Source: Paecilomyces variotii | Taxonomy: Eukaryota | Reading direction: 5' to 3' (one strand) | DNA length: 64,000 nt | NCBI GenBank assembly: GCA_004022145.1 | Contig: RCNU01000001.1 | Part shown: piece by piece, positions 37,768 to 51,015 of the stretch | Numbering within the stretch: position 1 is the stretch's first letter | How the letters are laid out: each line of letters starts with the position of its first letter | The notes under the pieces: generated by a model | Told to the model about the DNA's origin: nothing | What the model saw: only the letters and a program-made list of their open reading frames with translations | Databases searched by the model: none | Position numbers and translations under genes: made by a program

Positions 37768-39144
37768 ATGCCTCCTCTCGGAGAGGCAATCGACGACCCT
37801 ACGAACAGCGATGACTATGTTGCACAACTGCTTGCGAAAGATGCGCGTGACAGCTCACTCAAGTATTCAGCCCTGGGGATGCAGGCTTATATGCATCGAA
37901 GGTATGTTCTCCTGTCACTGATCTCCTTATCTCCTTATGGTGTTTGCATTTACTAACAATTACTCAGACCCACGACAGGAGCACCGAAGCCAAATACTCG
38001 TTTCCTGAAAAATATTCTCAGGGATACAGATAGTCACAATGCCGCGCTAAAGAGAAAGGAGGAAGAAGAGACGAGAGAGAGAATGCGAAACTTGCGCGCA
38101 GAGAAGTCATCGTCAGGTAGATCCCGCCGACATGACGAGGACCGCGAGCGAGCAGCAAAGAGAAGGCGCGTCACAGACCGCGATGAAGAGATAAGCTCTC
38201 GTCGCTCGAGGCATTACGATGATCTGGCGGAGGAGGATCGTTCGCGGAGACATCGGAGGAGGCGGGACAGTGACGATGAGGATGACCATCATAGGTCGTC
38301 GAGGAGGCATCGGCGACGAGACGATGATGATGAGCGTCACCGTTCACGAAGGCATAGAGAGCGTTCGCAGTCTCCTAGTCGCTCCTCACGGCATATACGA
38401 GAACATGACCGATCGTCTTACCATCGACGCCATAGAACACGTTCTTCCGTGTCTCCTTCTCGTTCCCGTTCGCGATCTCCCGAATCTTCAAGGCGCAAAA
38501 AGTATAGGTCTCGAGATCATGAAGGCCGCCACAGCTCGCGAGAGCGACACAAGGTGTCATCGCTCTCACCACGCCCCGGTGATAAGCCCGAAACGCAGCG
38601 AGACAAGCCTGAGCAGGCGACGTCTACAACTCAGGATCGTCTTTCTGACGATGATTCAGATCCACTGGAGGACATTATTGGCCCTCTTCCTCCCGGTTCA
38701 AACAAAGAACCTACGATCCGCACTCGAGGTAGAGGAGCATACAGAACAGGCACCAGCAACATCGATGCGCACTTTGCATCTAATTACGACCCGACGCTGG
38801 ATGTTCAACTCGACGATGAAGAAGCGGGCCCCACAAGTCGATCCACTCGTCGCCCAGTCGCAGGTCTTATGACCGAAGAAGACGATTGGGATATGGCATT
38901 AGAAGCACTGCGCGATCGTGCTGTCTGGAAGAAGAAAGGTGCAGAGCGTCTCCGTGAAGCTGGGTTTGGTGATAGTATGGTTGAGAGGTGGGCTGGTAAC
39001 ACCGCTTTCTCTGGACTTGGTGACGGTGAAAGGGAGAAGAGCATTGACGACTTTAAATGGGCGAAGAAGGGAGAGGGTCGTGAGTGGGATCGAGGAAAGG
39101 TACTGACCGACGATGGAGATGTCGACCTCAAGGCGCCTTGGTAG
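37768..39144 (+). CDS. Conserved fungal RS/RD-rich nuclear protein (often annotated pre-mRNA-splicing factor 38B-like), 2 exons
   Basis: DDYVAQLLAKDA...KPNTRFLKNILRDTDSHNAAL, an R/S/H/D low-complexity middle, then DWDMALEALRDR and KWAKKGEGREWDRGK. Confidence 0.7.
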
Positions 39145-40171
39145 AGACGGCATTCTTTAATATGATACCCTGCTCTGTAGATGATAGTTAGTGGTCTCAT
39201 AACCTCATTAGTATCGTTTAGTGGATATCGCCAAAGTTATCACAAGTAATTATGGTTATGTATTTCCTTGGCATATAATCATATAGCATACAGAAGTCAG
39301 GCCCTAAATGAGTCTGATGTGATATTCTTTATTGATCCGAACTCTTCAATGGAAATATATTAAACGGGAAGCTCCGTTCACCTACCAATTGATCTACCCA
39401 CTTCTTATCCACGACACAAGCTTTAAATATTGTGCATAATGAGCAGAAATTAATTAATACTTCAGCTCAATCCCGCATTCCCCACGATCCCATCCCTATC
39501 TCAGAGATTCAGCAATGCGTAGTTTATTCAAGACCTCGAATTCCGCACAAATGGCATGTCGCGGCCCGTTCCGCCCTGCTTTGTCAGGCGAGCAACAATC
39601 GCGGAACTTCCAGAGTAAATTACATCATTTCCAACTTCGATCGATTTGAATATAACACGAGTACCTAGGCTTTGACATTACCAGAATATCGATAAAGGTA
39701 CCTACAAGCTGGTGCAAATCCAGTTCTGACTTCCCTGCTCTTTTCTAGGTAAGTAAGCGGCCGAGAGAAGACCTCGAATACCGATGATCTTTTGGCGCTA
39801 ATTCCCCGCATACTTCAAGCTGGTTTCAACGCCACTGGCTTTTTAGGGCATTGAGACCGAATTATTAATCACGGTGTCGCGTGTCACAGGAAGATCTCTG
39901 AGAAGGTTAATTTGGACTCCTGCTGAAGCTAGGTAACCTTTGATTGATCGATTCCGTATTACCTCTAGAGTTGGGAGTAGCAAAGAAAAGTCGGGGAGGT
40001 ACCTAATAGTACGAATATTGCCGGCTCCGAAAACGCAGATTCTTGTGGTGGTCAGACGAGTTTCCAAAAGTGCAACTGAAAAGCAACTCTGATTCTACTG
40101 ATTCTGAAACGAGTGATTCATTGCAGAAGAGACAAAAAGGAAGAAGGATACTTGGGAGGCCCAAGGAAAAC

Positions 40172-40942
40172 ATGACGTCTCAATTTGACTATTCCTATCC
40201 CTGGCCGCTGGAGGGGTACGAGGGGCTTGAACCATTATCGGAGTGAGTAGTCAAATCTATATTCATGGTTTTGCATATGCATGGTATTCTAACTGCCCTA
40301 TTTCCATACAGAGAAAGAAATGAAGATGGGAAATCACTCAAAAACCCACAGCATGGGGTGTTGAGTAAAGCATACGAGGAGTTTCCGGACCCCTTGTGCA
40401 AGGACCGGAGAGGAGGGTTTGATATTCATATTTATCATTTTCAAGTATTATTTCTCAATTTCGTTGATGTCCAACTCTCACGAGAAAGGAATTCTCTTTG
40501 GTCTAATGCGAATTCAAATGATAGAATAATCCCGAACAAGCCGCATTTGCCAAAGCCCTCTGGGAACGAATACGGCGCGAATGTAAGCCTCGTTTCCCCA
40601 TCCCGATGGTCAAATTTAAAGAACACACTTGCTGACGCTACTTATCTAGTCCCCGAACTCCGCATCTACGCTTTCTTCGACCGTCCTGTCGGTCCGCATC
40701 CCGTTGCCATGTTCGAAGTGAACATCTTCACACCCGCGCAGTTCGGTGCGTTTGTTCCATGGCTGGTCATTAATCGTGGCCCATTGAGCGCGTTGATACA
40801 TCCGAACACAACTCCTGGGGCAGCCGAAGAGTTGAGAAACCATACCCAGCAGGCGACGTGGTTGGGGGAAAGGATTCCTCTGGACTTGACGCTTTTTAAC
40901 AAGATGAAGGAAAAGGAAAAGGAAGCTCTTGGGCAGTCATGA
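40172..40942 (+). CDS. DOPA 4,5-dioxygenase family protein, 4 exons
   Basis: Spliced product has GFDIHIYHFQ, LWERIRREFPELRIY, PVGPHPVAMFEV, WLVINRGPLSALIHP and H...ATWLGE. Confidence 0.88.
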
Positions 40943-42079
40943 TGGTACTTTCAGGGTGAATGATTAATCAATATCACGTTATATTCGATTAAGAGATCAG
41001 AATTAGATCGATCGACAGTGCATCTGAAAGTCTTGTAGGACATGAGTATGGGCTCTTCTGCGTAGGTGTCGAGAGAGCGTCTCGAAACGGATAGAGAGGA
41101 TACTTTTCACTAGGTACACTGTATACTTGAGAATTTATCACTGCCGGCGCTCTACTGTAATAGCAAAGAGGATCTGGCCGAAGTCGCGAACCCCGCGGAT
41201 TTTGTAATAATAAAGGTGGTCGAGGTAGCTAGTTACCTAGACAAACAAGCTCATACTAAGATCTACAACCGACTGAATAGTTAGTTAGTTACCACCACAC
41301 TCTATTCTACAGTCCTACTCCTTGTATGAGATGCTAGTATCTAGTATTACTCACGCTAACTTCACACTCCATGATGATTGAAAACAAGAAAGATGATCAG
41401 CCTGTCAGGTTGTATAGCATGAATGATCTTCCCGAACCAAACCTCGTGGGGTGTTCTTTTCCAGTCACAGCCGACAGTGTGATTTGTCGATCCCGGCCGA
41501 ATGACTACGCCAGACAAGCCGTGATCAGCGTCAGGTCGACCATTCATGCTCTGCACAAGCCACATGCACCGACATGATCCTCAAATCGGAGAACGCGCTC
41601 ACAGCATGGCTTCGAAACCCCCTTCCTTGGGGGTATCGATAACTAACCTATTTTCAGCCTGACACGGTGACATAGCGTGCATGCGATCTCTACTGCTTCC
41701 TTTACGAGCTCCCTGCTGGCTGATGCGTACCTTCCAGTGGAGGTGGCCCACGGGGTCGGATGGATGGATAAGAGGAGTTTGTCGTTCATCAGAAGACCGT
41801 TATTAGAGCCATATGTCGGTCCTACCTGCCTCATGTTGTTGTTGCTGGTCCCTTCCCCTCCTATCAGGTTTATATACCGATCAATGGAGCAAGCTGCTCT
41901 CCGAACAGTCCTCCCTATAGTCTCCTTCTCTAGAGCAGCAGAGACAGGCAAAGATTGTCTGTATAGGATTATATAGGGCTTTCAGGAACACTATTGCTCT
42001 TCATATTATTGTGCTCTAGGAAGAGAACGGACGACACAGTCAGTTGACGGAATTTTACACAGTACTTGGGCTGCCGACG

Positions 42080-43328
42080 ATGAAATCTTTCGCGTCAATG
42101 ATGCTGGCTGTTGCTGGCTTACAGGCCATGTCATCTACAGGTGCTGCGATAGCACAAACTGTACTCTCTACCACATCGGTTCCGAGTTACGTGTTGGACT
42201 ATGGTATGATATACAATCCTTAGTTTGCTTGACAATATCGCCTTGTATACAAGTAGCTGATGTCGTTCCAGCCCCTCTCATCTGGTTGTACAGCCAGGAC
42301 GCCTACAGACCCTCCGATATTGGGCAGCAGGTTGTGCACACGGTGCCAGAAGTCAACCGGACGGTGATCGATACTCCACCATTGAATCTGAATAATCTCG
42401 ACATCCTCAATGACATGGGAAACACCAGTGTTTACCTGACATCGAAGGAAGGTATCAATGCGAACCCACAGCCCGCATGGTTTGAAGGGGTCACGCCAAA
42501 CGCGCAGGGCAAGACAGAAGGTGCCGTCAGTTGTGCCATCGTGGTCTATGAGCATGGAAACGGAACTGTGGACGCCTTCTACTTCTACTTCTATGCGTAA
42601 GTAAAGTGATCTGGCAGCATCAAAAGCTCATGCTATGCTAATGATACTGTAGATACAACCTAGGTGATACCGTCTTGGGTATGGAATTCGGCGACCATGT
42701 TGGCGACTGGTAGGTCAACATATCGGAAAGTCTACAAAGGCGAGGACTGACTACTCAAGGGAACATAATATGATCCGATTCGACAATGGTATCCCGCAGG
42801 CGCTCTGGTACAGTCAACATTCTAGCGGACAAGCTTTCACGTACGATGCGACCGAAAAGCAGGGGAAACGGCCGATTGGATACTCGGGAAACGGAACTCA
42901 TGCTGTATATTCTATCGCAGGGTATGCGCACTCTATTAGCTGGAAGTCTTCTATGTCTCTTACTTACCCGGAACGATTTATTCAGAGAGCATGACCACAC
43001 CATTCCCGGCTTTAACCTGCCCGAAGGTCTCATCGTCGACTATACCGACCAAGGTGTACTGTGGGACCCCGTCCAGAGCGCATATGCTTATAGCTATGAT
43101 GCAACAACCCAGACTTTTACTCCGTATGACGAGAGCTACCCGGTTAACTGGCTCTATTTCAACGGTCAATGGGGAGATGACCAGCTGCCCAACCAGACGG
43201 AGATCTTCGGACAGGTCAAGTATAGCGCGGGACCAAACGGGCCTAAGTTCAAGAAGCTGGTTCGGGAAGAGGTCTGCCCCTCCAGTCCGTGCATCGTGCT
43301 GCCCTTCCGGACGTGGAAGGAGAAATAG
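42080..43328 (+). CDS. Secreted Vps62-like protein, multi-exon
   Basis: Signal peptide, then VPSYVLDY/VPAPLIWL, DAFYFYFYA/YN, FGDHVGDW/EHNMIRF, YSQH, GTHAVY, DYTDQGVLWDP and WLYFNGQWGD. Confidence 0.85.
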
Positions 43329-45273
43329 TAGCTTATATCCAACAACGAAGCTGTGAAATGCGCGACCGTTATGAATGGGGAGGACAGAGTGACGGTGGAT
43401 AACGACAATATCCATGATAATGACATGCCAGGCGATAAGCATCATATATAATAATGAATTCCCATATATCTAGCGAAACAGGCTGTGGTCTGAACTCTGC
43501 CACTAAGTGGACCAGTATATCAGGGGTAAACACACTGCGCGAACCGTGGGCGCGAAAAGGAGAAGAGCCCGAGCGGATCCGGGCACGTGTAGCTACGGTT
43601 AGCGCCAAGTACCTGCGAGGTATCTCAGCCGCCAATTATGCAAGTAAAGATACTTGACTGGTACCCACAGTAAACTTCCCCGTATGTTGGTAACTTGGTA
43701 CTCCGCTCGGCTGCACGAACATATGGTTCTCTTGACGGCTAGACTAAGTATCTACATAGTCAGGTACCAAACAAATAGGAAGAAGGTAGAGTTGCTGTTC
43801 TTGCGTGCGACGTCTGCGTAAGAAACCCCAGAGGCAAAGGTGGCGATGGAGAGGACAGTGGGCGACACAGAGCTCGAGATTGACCGTTTATTCACCCCCC
43901 ATGCCGCCCCAAGATCGATTCCGAAACAATTGGTAGGGCTAACGGTTACCGGTCAGCTATCCAGACAGAGTAAGGTTGGACGGAGCCGTCACGAAGCTAC
44001 GTCAACCGCCTGTGTTTAGTGGCCTGCTGGCGCCTCCAGGATAATTGCGATTTGACCAACGACAGCCAGGGCCAGGCCTGAGCGGCAGAAGATGAAGGTG
44101 GGTGGGGAGAGCCGATACTCGCCCCTGATGCCCCTGAATGCGCTTTCAAATGGTTCTCCGCGACGAGATTGAGGATCGAAAGAGGCCCAGACGAACACGA
44201 GAAGGGTCAAGCGTCAGGATTATCGTTTGCGACGAGCTAAAAAAGAACCAGCCGGAGGAAACAGAAGAGAAAAATCGCTTCTGTTCTATTCTGGTCGAGA
44301 TTTTGTTTCTCCCAGACCGTTTCCCTTTCGTCTCTCCTTTATCTTGATGCAACGCATCCGCGGGACGCCGTGAACAGGATCTCCTCGTCTTGCGCATTCG
44401 CCTTCGATTCCTTCGTTCCCTTTGTCGCCTCTTGGGGTCCTCTGTCCTGAGCTGCGGAGCTGGTTGAAATTGCAACTGACAATCGCTTGCTGGACACGTG
44501 GATGTCATTATTTCCTCTGCTGCTTCATCGCCATATTATCAGAACCCCTCATTCGATCTGCAGTATCGCGTCTTCCACAATCCGTTTCCGACCTCTGCGT
44601 ACGACCTTGGATAAAATTGCTTTGCCGTGTCACCGCAGTATTACCCACAGAAGGAAAGAAATAAGAGAGCGCCGTGGATATTGATAGCTCCTGAATCCGT
44701 CTGGAAAAGTCACCTCACTCAGCTCGGTGCCCACGTAAAGTTCTTTGTAGCTTTTCGGGATTTCGAGTGATCGTGATTTCAACCCGACGAAGAACAAGGA
44801 CTAGCCAGAAAAGGCGTGGGAATAATCTTCAACAGTGCTTGTGATACCATCTGATCTACATCGAGACCTCCCCACTTGTCAGTCCAACACAAGGCGTCAA
44901 CAGGTATTGTAAGTAAATAGACCAATGATAAGCCTCCTTTTTCTCCATTCAAACGTTGTCTGGCCACCAAGATAAATGCTGGAGTGGGCGAGGGCAAAAA
45001 AGAAGATGCGGAGTTCATAAAGTCATCAATGGATGATGGAAGTGGAGGGCTCCCCTGATGTGTTGTTGAGCTGTTGAACTGACATGTCTTCATCACGCAG
45101 GAATCACGAACTTGGACTGGTCCATTTTCCGAGCTCGATTGTGCTTTGCTACTATTTCGAGTTCATATCTTTATCAGACAAAACACCCAATCTTGGCTTG
45201 TTGAGCAACACAACCCCGTGACCTTCTCCTGATCAGTCAACAAGGAGAGAGCAACCGCGAAGCTCCCACCACC

Positions 45274-47082
45274 ATGGCAACCGCAACTTCCAGCCCGCGC
45301 GTCCAGGGACGTTCTCCTCCCCCAGAGGCGCTCCCATCCATCACTGAGAATGGGAAAGATATCAATGGAAAAGAAAATCGCAAGTCTTCATTAAACTTCC
45401 TCCGCCGCTCCAAATCCACTGAGCCCCTGGGAGACCGCAAAGCGTCTGGCGGTCGGATGAACAAGAAGATGCTCAAGGAACAAGCCAGAGAAGAAGAGCG
45501 CCGTCAGCGTGAGGCTGCGATCTCAAGGCATGCACCTCGTTTGCCTGACTTATCACCAACGCCTCAACTTGAGACGTTTGGAGGAAAGGACAAATCTGAG
45601 GACGAGTCTGCCGTCTCAAGTAGAGTCGATAGCCGAACTTCATCTCTGCGCCAGGCTGGGCCAGTGCCCCCTCTTCCGGGCAGTCAAGGACGAGAGAGCT
45701 ATGACCCTTACGCGAGAGCAGAGAGCATGACCCACCGTGGACGATTCAGTTACGCTAGCAGTGCTGTGAGCTCTGTCAACAGCCCCAGAAGACTGCGGAG
45801 GCGTAAGGATCCAACGCCGTACAAGTAAGTAGATCTATCTCATGAATTATTTGCTACTAGCCTCTGTACTAATCCATTGTCCAGCATCCTTGTCATTGGT
45901 GCTCGCAATTCTGGAAAGACGTCTTTCCTCGATTTCTTGCGCACTTCCTTGGCTCTTCCACCGAATAAACACCCCACAAGGCATCCCGAGGACGTGGAGC
46001 AGCCAAATTTCAAGAACCCAGGATTTACTTACCATTACTTGGAAACTGAGATCGATGCTGAGCGCGTGGGACTCACTCTCTGGGACTCACAGGGCATAGA
46101 GAAGAACATGGTCGACCTGCAGCTGCGTGAGATCACCCATTTCATTGAAAGCAAATTTGAAGAGACTTTCGCAGAGGAAATGAAAGTGATTCGCTCACCC
46201 GGCGTACGCGACACTCACATCCACTGCGTTTTCCTGATCCTGGATCCTTCACGTCTCGACCAAAATATTACTGCTGCAACGAGAACCGCCAACGGACTGA
46301 ATGGGAAACTATCTGGACACTCTGGCGTGATTGGTGCCTTGGACGAAGACCTAGACGTCCAGGTTCTCCGCACTCTGTTGGGTAAAACTACCGTTGTCCC
46401 TGTCATCAGCAAAGCAGATACCGTGACGACTGCCCATATGGCCTATCTGAAAAAGGCTGTCTGGGACAGCTTGAAGATGGCCAACATCGACCCCTTGGAA
46501 GTCCTCACTCTTGAGGAGCAGGACGACTACTCCTCTTCGGCCAGCGCTGATCGATTTGACGAGAACGAAGAGGACGAGGAGAGCCAGGAGGAGAAGAACG
46601 CAGCTGAAGCTGTAAAAGAACCTTCGGAGGATCAAGCTGCGGAGTCAGAGACTCAGCTTGAGGATGATGGGGACGTTAGCCCAGATTCTCCTTCTAGACA
46701 CAGCCAGAAGAGCCAGAGAAGTCACAGGAGTCAGAGATCTTTGAGTTCCAATTCTGAAACTCCTTCGATTCCCCTCTCTATCCTGTCTCCAGACCCTCAC
46801 TCAATGGACCCTACAAAGGGACCAGTGGGCCGCCAGTTCCCTTGGGGCTTTGCTGACCCATACAATCCGGAACACTGTGATTTCGTCAAGCTTAAAGACG
46901 CCGTATTCACCGAGTGGCGATCCGAACTCCGTGAAGCGAGTCGTGAAATATGGTATGAGGGATGGCGGACGAACCGTCTCAACCGCAAGTCTGTGAACGG
47001 TGCCCCGGCTCCCGTGCGGAACGGGAACGGGTACAGCGGAAGACAGGGCCCTGGATATAGAGGTGGAATTGCATCGCGATAA
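45274..47082 (+). CDS. aspE: Septin, group 5 (AspE-like), 2 exons
   Basis: RRRKDPTPYN/ILVIGARNSGKT (G1), LWDSQG (G3), VISKAD (G4) and GRQFPWG...HCDFVKLK (septin unique element). No C-terminal coiled coil. Confidence 0.88.
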
Positions 47083-48337
47083 ATTTGTCCCTTGTCTGCA
47101 ATGCGCTAGCTTTCTCATGCAGGAGGGTCTAGCAAACAAACACTTCTTAGGCTGCTTGTCTGAGGCCTGGCGCGGGACAAGTCTTCCTGCAGAGATGCGA
47201 TTCTCGCAAGTTCGTGGAGACAAGGCCATTTTTCTCTATTTGTGTGCCGCGATTCGAATGCTTGTCATCCTTGATCCTCCGGTCAGGGATCTTTTTCAAT
47301 TCTACTACTTGTTGCTGGGTCCGATGCTCTGAAGGCTTACTTGACTCGGGTAAGGCTTACCGGCGAAGATCTTATCTCTGCCTCCCGATGAAAGTATAGC
47401 AACATCTCGCCGGATATGCCTGACTCCAACCTAGGTAATGCACCTTTGCAGTGTGCTGGAGAAGTGTTTTATCTGGACCAATTGCCCCCAGGCCGCATTT
47501 TTATCTACGCAAGCTGTTCTCAATTCGTGACACTCCTTATGCCCACTCCCTTCATCCGAGTTGTTTCACGTCTCTTCGTGTGGAAGCAAACTCCTTTCAG
47601 TTTCTTTCCTCTTATCTTCAATTGTCTCCATTTTCGGTTTCTCCATGACCTTTTCTATTCCCCTTCTGTTTTTTCTTGTTCTTTACTTTTTTCTTTTTCT
47701 AGCTGTTCCGACGAGCTTGTCTCGCGACTTGAATGTCTTCCAAGGCTTAGGCCTGAGCCTGGCGCCTGTTGGATCGGAAATTTCTCGATAATTCTTGTTT
47801 CTTCAGGGCATCGAAAAATCTTCATACCCATACCCCCCTCAAAAGTCGCGCCGCAAATCTGCGTCTGCGCGTACACCCGCCAGCACACCTATGTTTCCTA
47901 TACCTCTTTTCTCTTCTCATCTTGTTGTCTTCTCAATACCACTTTTAAGTCTGCGAGCAGTCTAAGTACGTACAACTCTGCTATCGAATTATCGTACTTT
48001 TTAACACGGTCCTGGAAGATTGAGGTAGATTATCACTTCGCAAAAAAACGTAGCGTGACTTGAAGAGCCAGAGACTTGTACGTGTCCGGCATAGCTAACG
48101 AAAAAAGACTGTCATAATCATGCTCAAGTATCGTCAGTCAATATCAGCTCTAACAACGTAAGATATCCAACGGGACAGACCCCAACGCCAAACAGAGACG
48201 GGTATTGAAGTGGAAAATAAGGTCTGTACACTCATATGCTTCCATTCATGAACCCTTGTGCAAGCAGAAACCGTGAACATAGCAAATCACATCAAAAACA
48301 TTTAGGATACACTCGTTCCTCTTTTTCATCATTCGTT

Positions 48338-51015
48338 TCAAGACCTCACAGTCAAATCCGTCGAACTATTGGCTAATTCGATACAGAACTCGCCCCAATC
48401 GCTACTGCCAACTTCTTCCGCAATTGACTCTTCCAATCGCTGTCCGTACCGCTTTCGGTACTCATGCTTTACGCGCTCCAGGTGTCTTGGTTCCCAATGT
48501 AGACGGACGAGGCGGGAGATGAGCAGTTCGGATCGTTCGCGCCCAGAGCGCGATTCACTGATCGCTTGATGAAGAAGGAGGGCGTCGCGCATAGGGCGGT
48601 TCATGGCGCCGTTGAGGATGTGAGCGAGTGTTTCGCCCTGGGAATTAAGTCAGAACCTTTCTTTCTTTATCTTCGGACAGGGGGTTCAAGGAAACTTACG
48701 ACGAGGTTCTGCGACTTTGCAATCAGAGCTCGAGTGAAGTTCTGCTGGTAATGCGCATCATAGATACGAAGAACTTCACGTAGATGGTTATCGCTGCGCA
48801 GGACGATGATGTAGATCATTGCAGTTTCACCGCCCTCGCGGGATATGACGGCACGACGCAACTCCTGCACATCTCGCTCGACGAGTCTGCGATCCAGCGG
48901 TTCATGGTCGCTCTGACGACGTTCCTCGAGGGCGAGAAGGATGGCGGTGCGGAACTTATCCGCTTTCAGTTCGGCGTGCATGCATTTTTCAAGACTGTTG
49001 CCGTACCTGCTGTCGCGGAAGCAGGTTTTAATTTCGCGGATTTCAGAATTAGTTCGACCGATGAGCGATTCAATCAGTAGTTCACGACGTGAGGTGCCAG
49101 CCTGGTAGTAGTAGTTGGCCCAGTGGGCTTCGGATTCCCAGCGTCCTAGGGCCGTGGCGTAGCAGACTTTGCCGAAGGTGCTGTTTCCCAGCTTGAGCTT
49201 GATGTGTTTTGCGATGTTGATGCCTTTGCCGTGTAACTTGGCGTGGTTCTTGTACTCTGCACGAAGGAGAAGGATTTCATCGCTCGTCAGGTGTGGGAGA
49301 ATGTCTAGAAGCGGTTTCGAGTCGATGTTGCGATGAGCAAGGGTCTCCCGCAGGGCGAGAGCATGTTCTGTCGGATCGTAGAAAGAGACCTTTTTGCGAG
49401 TGCTCGTGGGCGAAATCAGGATCACATCTTCGTTGGAGGAGTTATGCCTCTCGTGTCTTCGCTTGCGGTCTTTCTCTTTCTCTTTCTCTTTTTCCCTCTC
49501 CTTCTCTTTCTCTTTCTTTTTATCCTTATCATGTCGGTCATCTCTGGAAGACTTCCTCTTGTGCTTTTTCCGCCGCTCAGAATCGGTAGTTCCATCCAGA
49601 GCCTCGATGTCGGAGAAATCGTCATCTAGCCGCGGAGCCATCATGATCGGAGACGGCATCGGTGAGATGGACTGATACGTTCCTTTGTACGCTTCTAGCA
49701 GCGGACTGGCTGGTGGGCGTCCAGTATGGGCCCCAGTGACGGATAGGTTATTCGCAGAGGATACAGATAGGCTGTGAGGACGATGGCGCTGAGAAGAAGA
49801 AGTGTCAGCCCTGCCTCCGCCTGGCTTGATCTCAACGAATTGCGGATCTGCGCTCTGCGTGTAAGGCTTGACGAATTGATTGCTGTCGCTCTGGGTGTAT
49901 GACACCTTGTTTGACTTCGATGCGTATTTGATGTTTGGATCAGGTTGCGCATACTGGAATTGCCCCGGGTTTGCATATCGTAGTTGCGGGACCGACGTAG
50001 TGTGATGTGTGTCTGCCGGAGGCACGGTGGTTGCAGTCGAAGGCCCTTGCACGTACTGCTGGGGTGGGAGGTTGGCATATTGCGGCCGTGGAGATACTGG
50101 CGGCGACGCTCCGTGCGACGGAAACTTTGGATCTGGTTGAACGTATATACTCGGACTTGACAGAGTGCTAGGGAATCCTCCAGGAATACTCTGAGAGTGG
50201 ACATGAGAAACTGGTGGTACGAAGCCGGGAAGTTCACACTCTGGTATAGGCGCCCAGTCAGCTGGGATGGTTGGAGCTTGGGAATTGCTGTAGCTGGGAT
50301 GTCGCTGATCACTCAAGCTTGCTGGTTGTGTATGGGAATACTGGGTTGGTTGCGCATAACTCCAACGCTCCGGTCTGGCATAGCTAGGATGCACGCCAGG
50401 AGCCTGATCTGAAGCGTGAGAATTTGCCCGCGACCGCACGCGGGATGATGAGCGTGACGGGCGATCATGGTCTCTCCTCGTAGTGTTCAAGTAATCGTCT
50501 CGAGAAGGAGGTTGAGGCGCAGAAGGCAGTTTGTAGTTCTTTCCAGCTATGGACGCCGGTACATCGCCGTAGACAAGTGCTTCGTCGTCTGAATCGAGCA
50601 GTGATGCATCATCATAGCTCTCATATCGAGAAGATGGCCTATTCCCATGGGAGAGATAGTAATTCCTGTCCCCGTCGTCGGAGTCAGGGTCATAACGAGA
50701 CCGCCCCGATCGACCATTGGATCCATGATGTCCGCTATCACCGTCCGAATCTGAGTGATAGTAGCGGTCCCTCTCTGTCTGGCGCGACTTCTCTCGCTCG
50801 ACATCGGAGCGTCCGTTGCTCCTCACTTTCTGTTGACCTGATACGTACCTCGGCGTCTCCTCATCGGAGTCGTACTGATACGACCTGCGCGCATCTTTCC
50901 CTGGCGCAGGAGAGGGAGCGCGACTGTCGCGGGACCTGGAACGCTCCCGCACAGAGCGACCACTGGGAGACTTGGACCGTGATCGTATCCGTGGATCCTG
51001 AACGCGGAGCGACAT
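48338..51015 (-). CDS. anxC4: Annexin ANXC4-like protein, 2 exons
   Basis: MSLRVQDPRIRSRSKSP start and a long low-complexity N-terminus. The annexin-repeat C-terminus includes LIESLIGRTNSEIREIK, IIVLRSDNHLREV and RDALLLHQA...LISRLVRLHW. Confidence 0.85.

Noticed and set aside
47416-48063. 215-aa F/S/L-rich ORF downstream of aspE (similarly 1911-2501)
   Set aside because: Translation of T-rich 3' UTR or intergenic DNA, with no recognisable domain.
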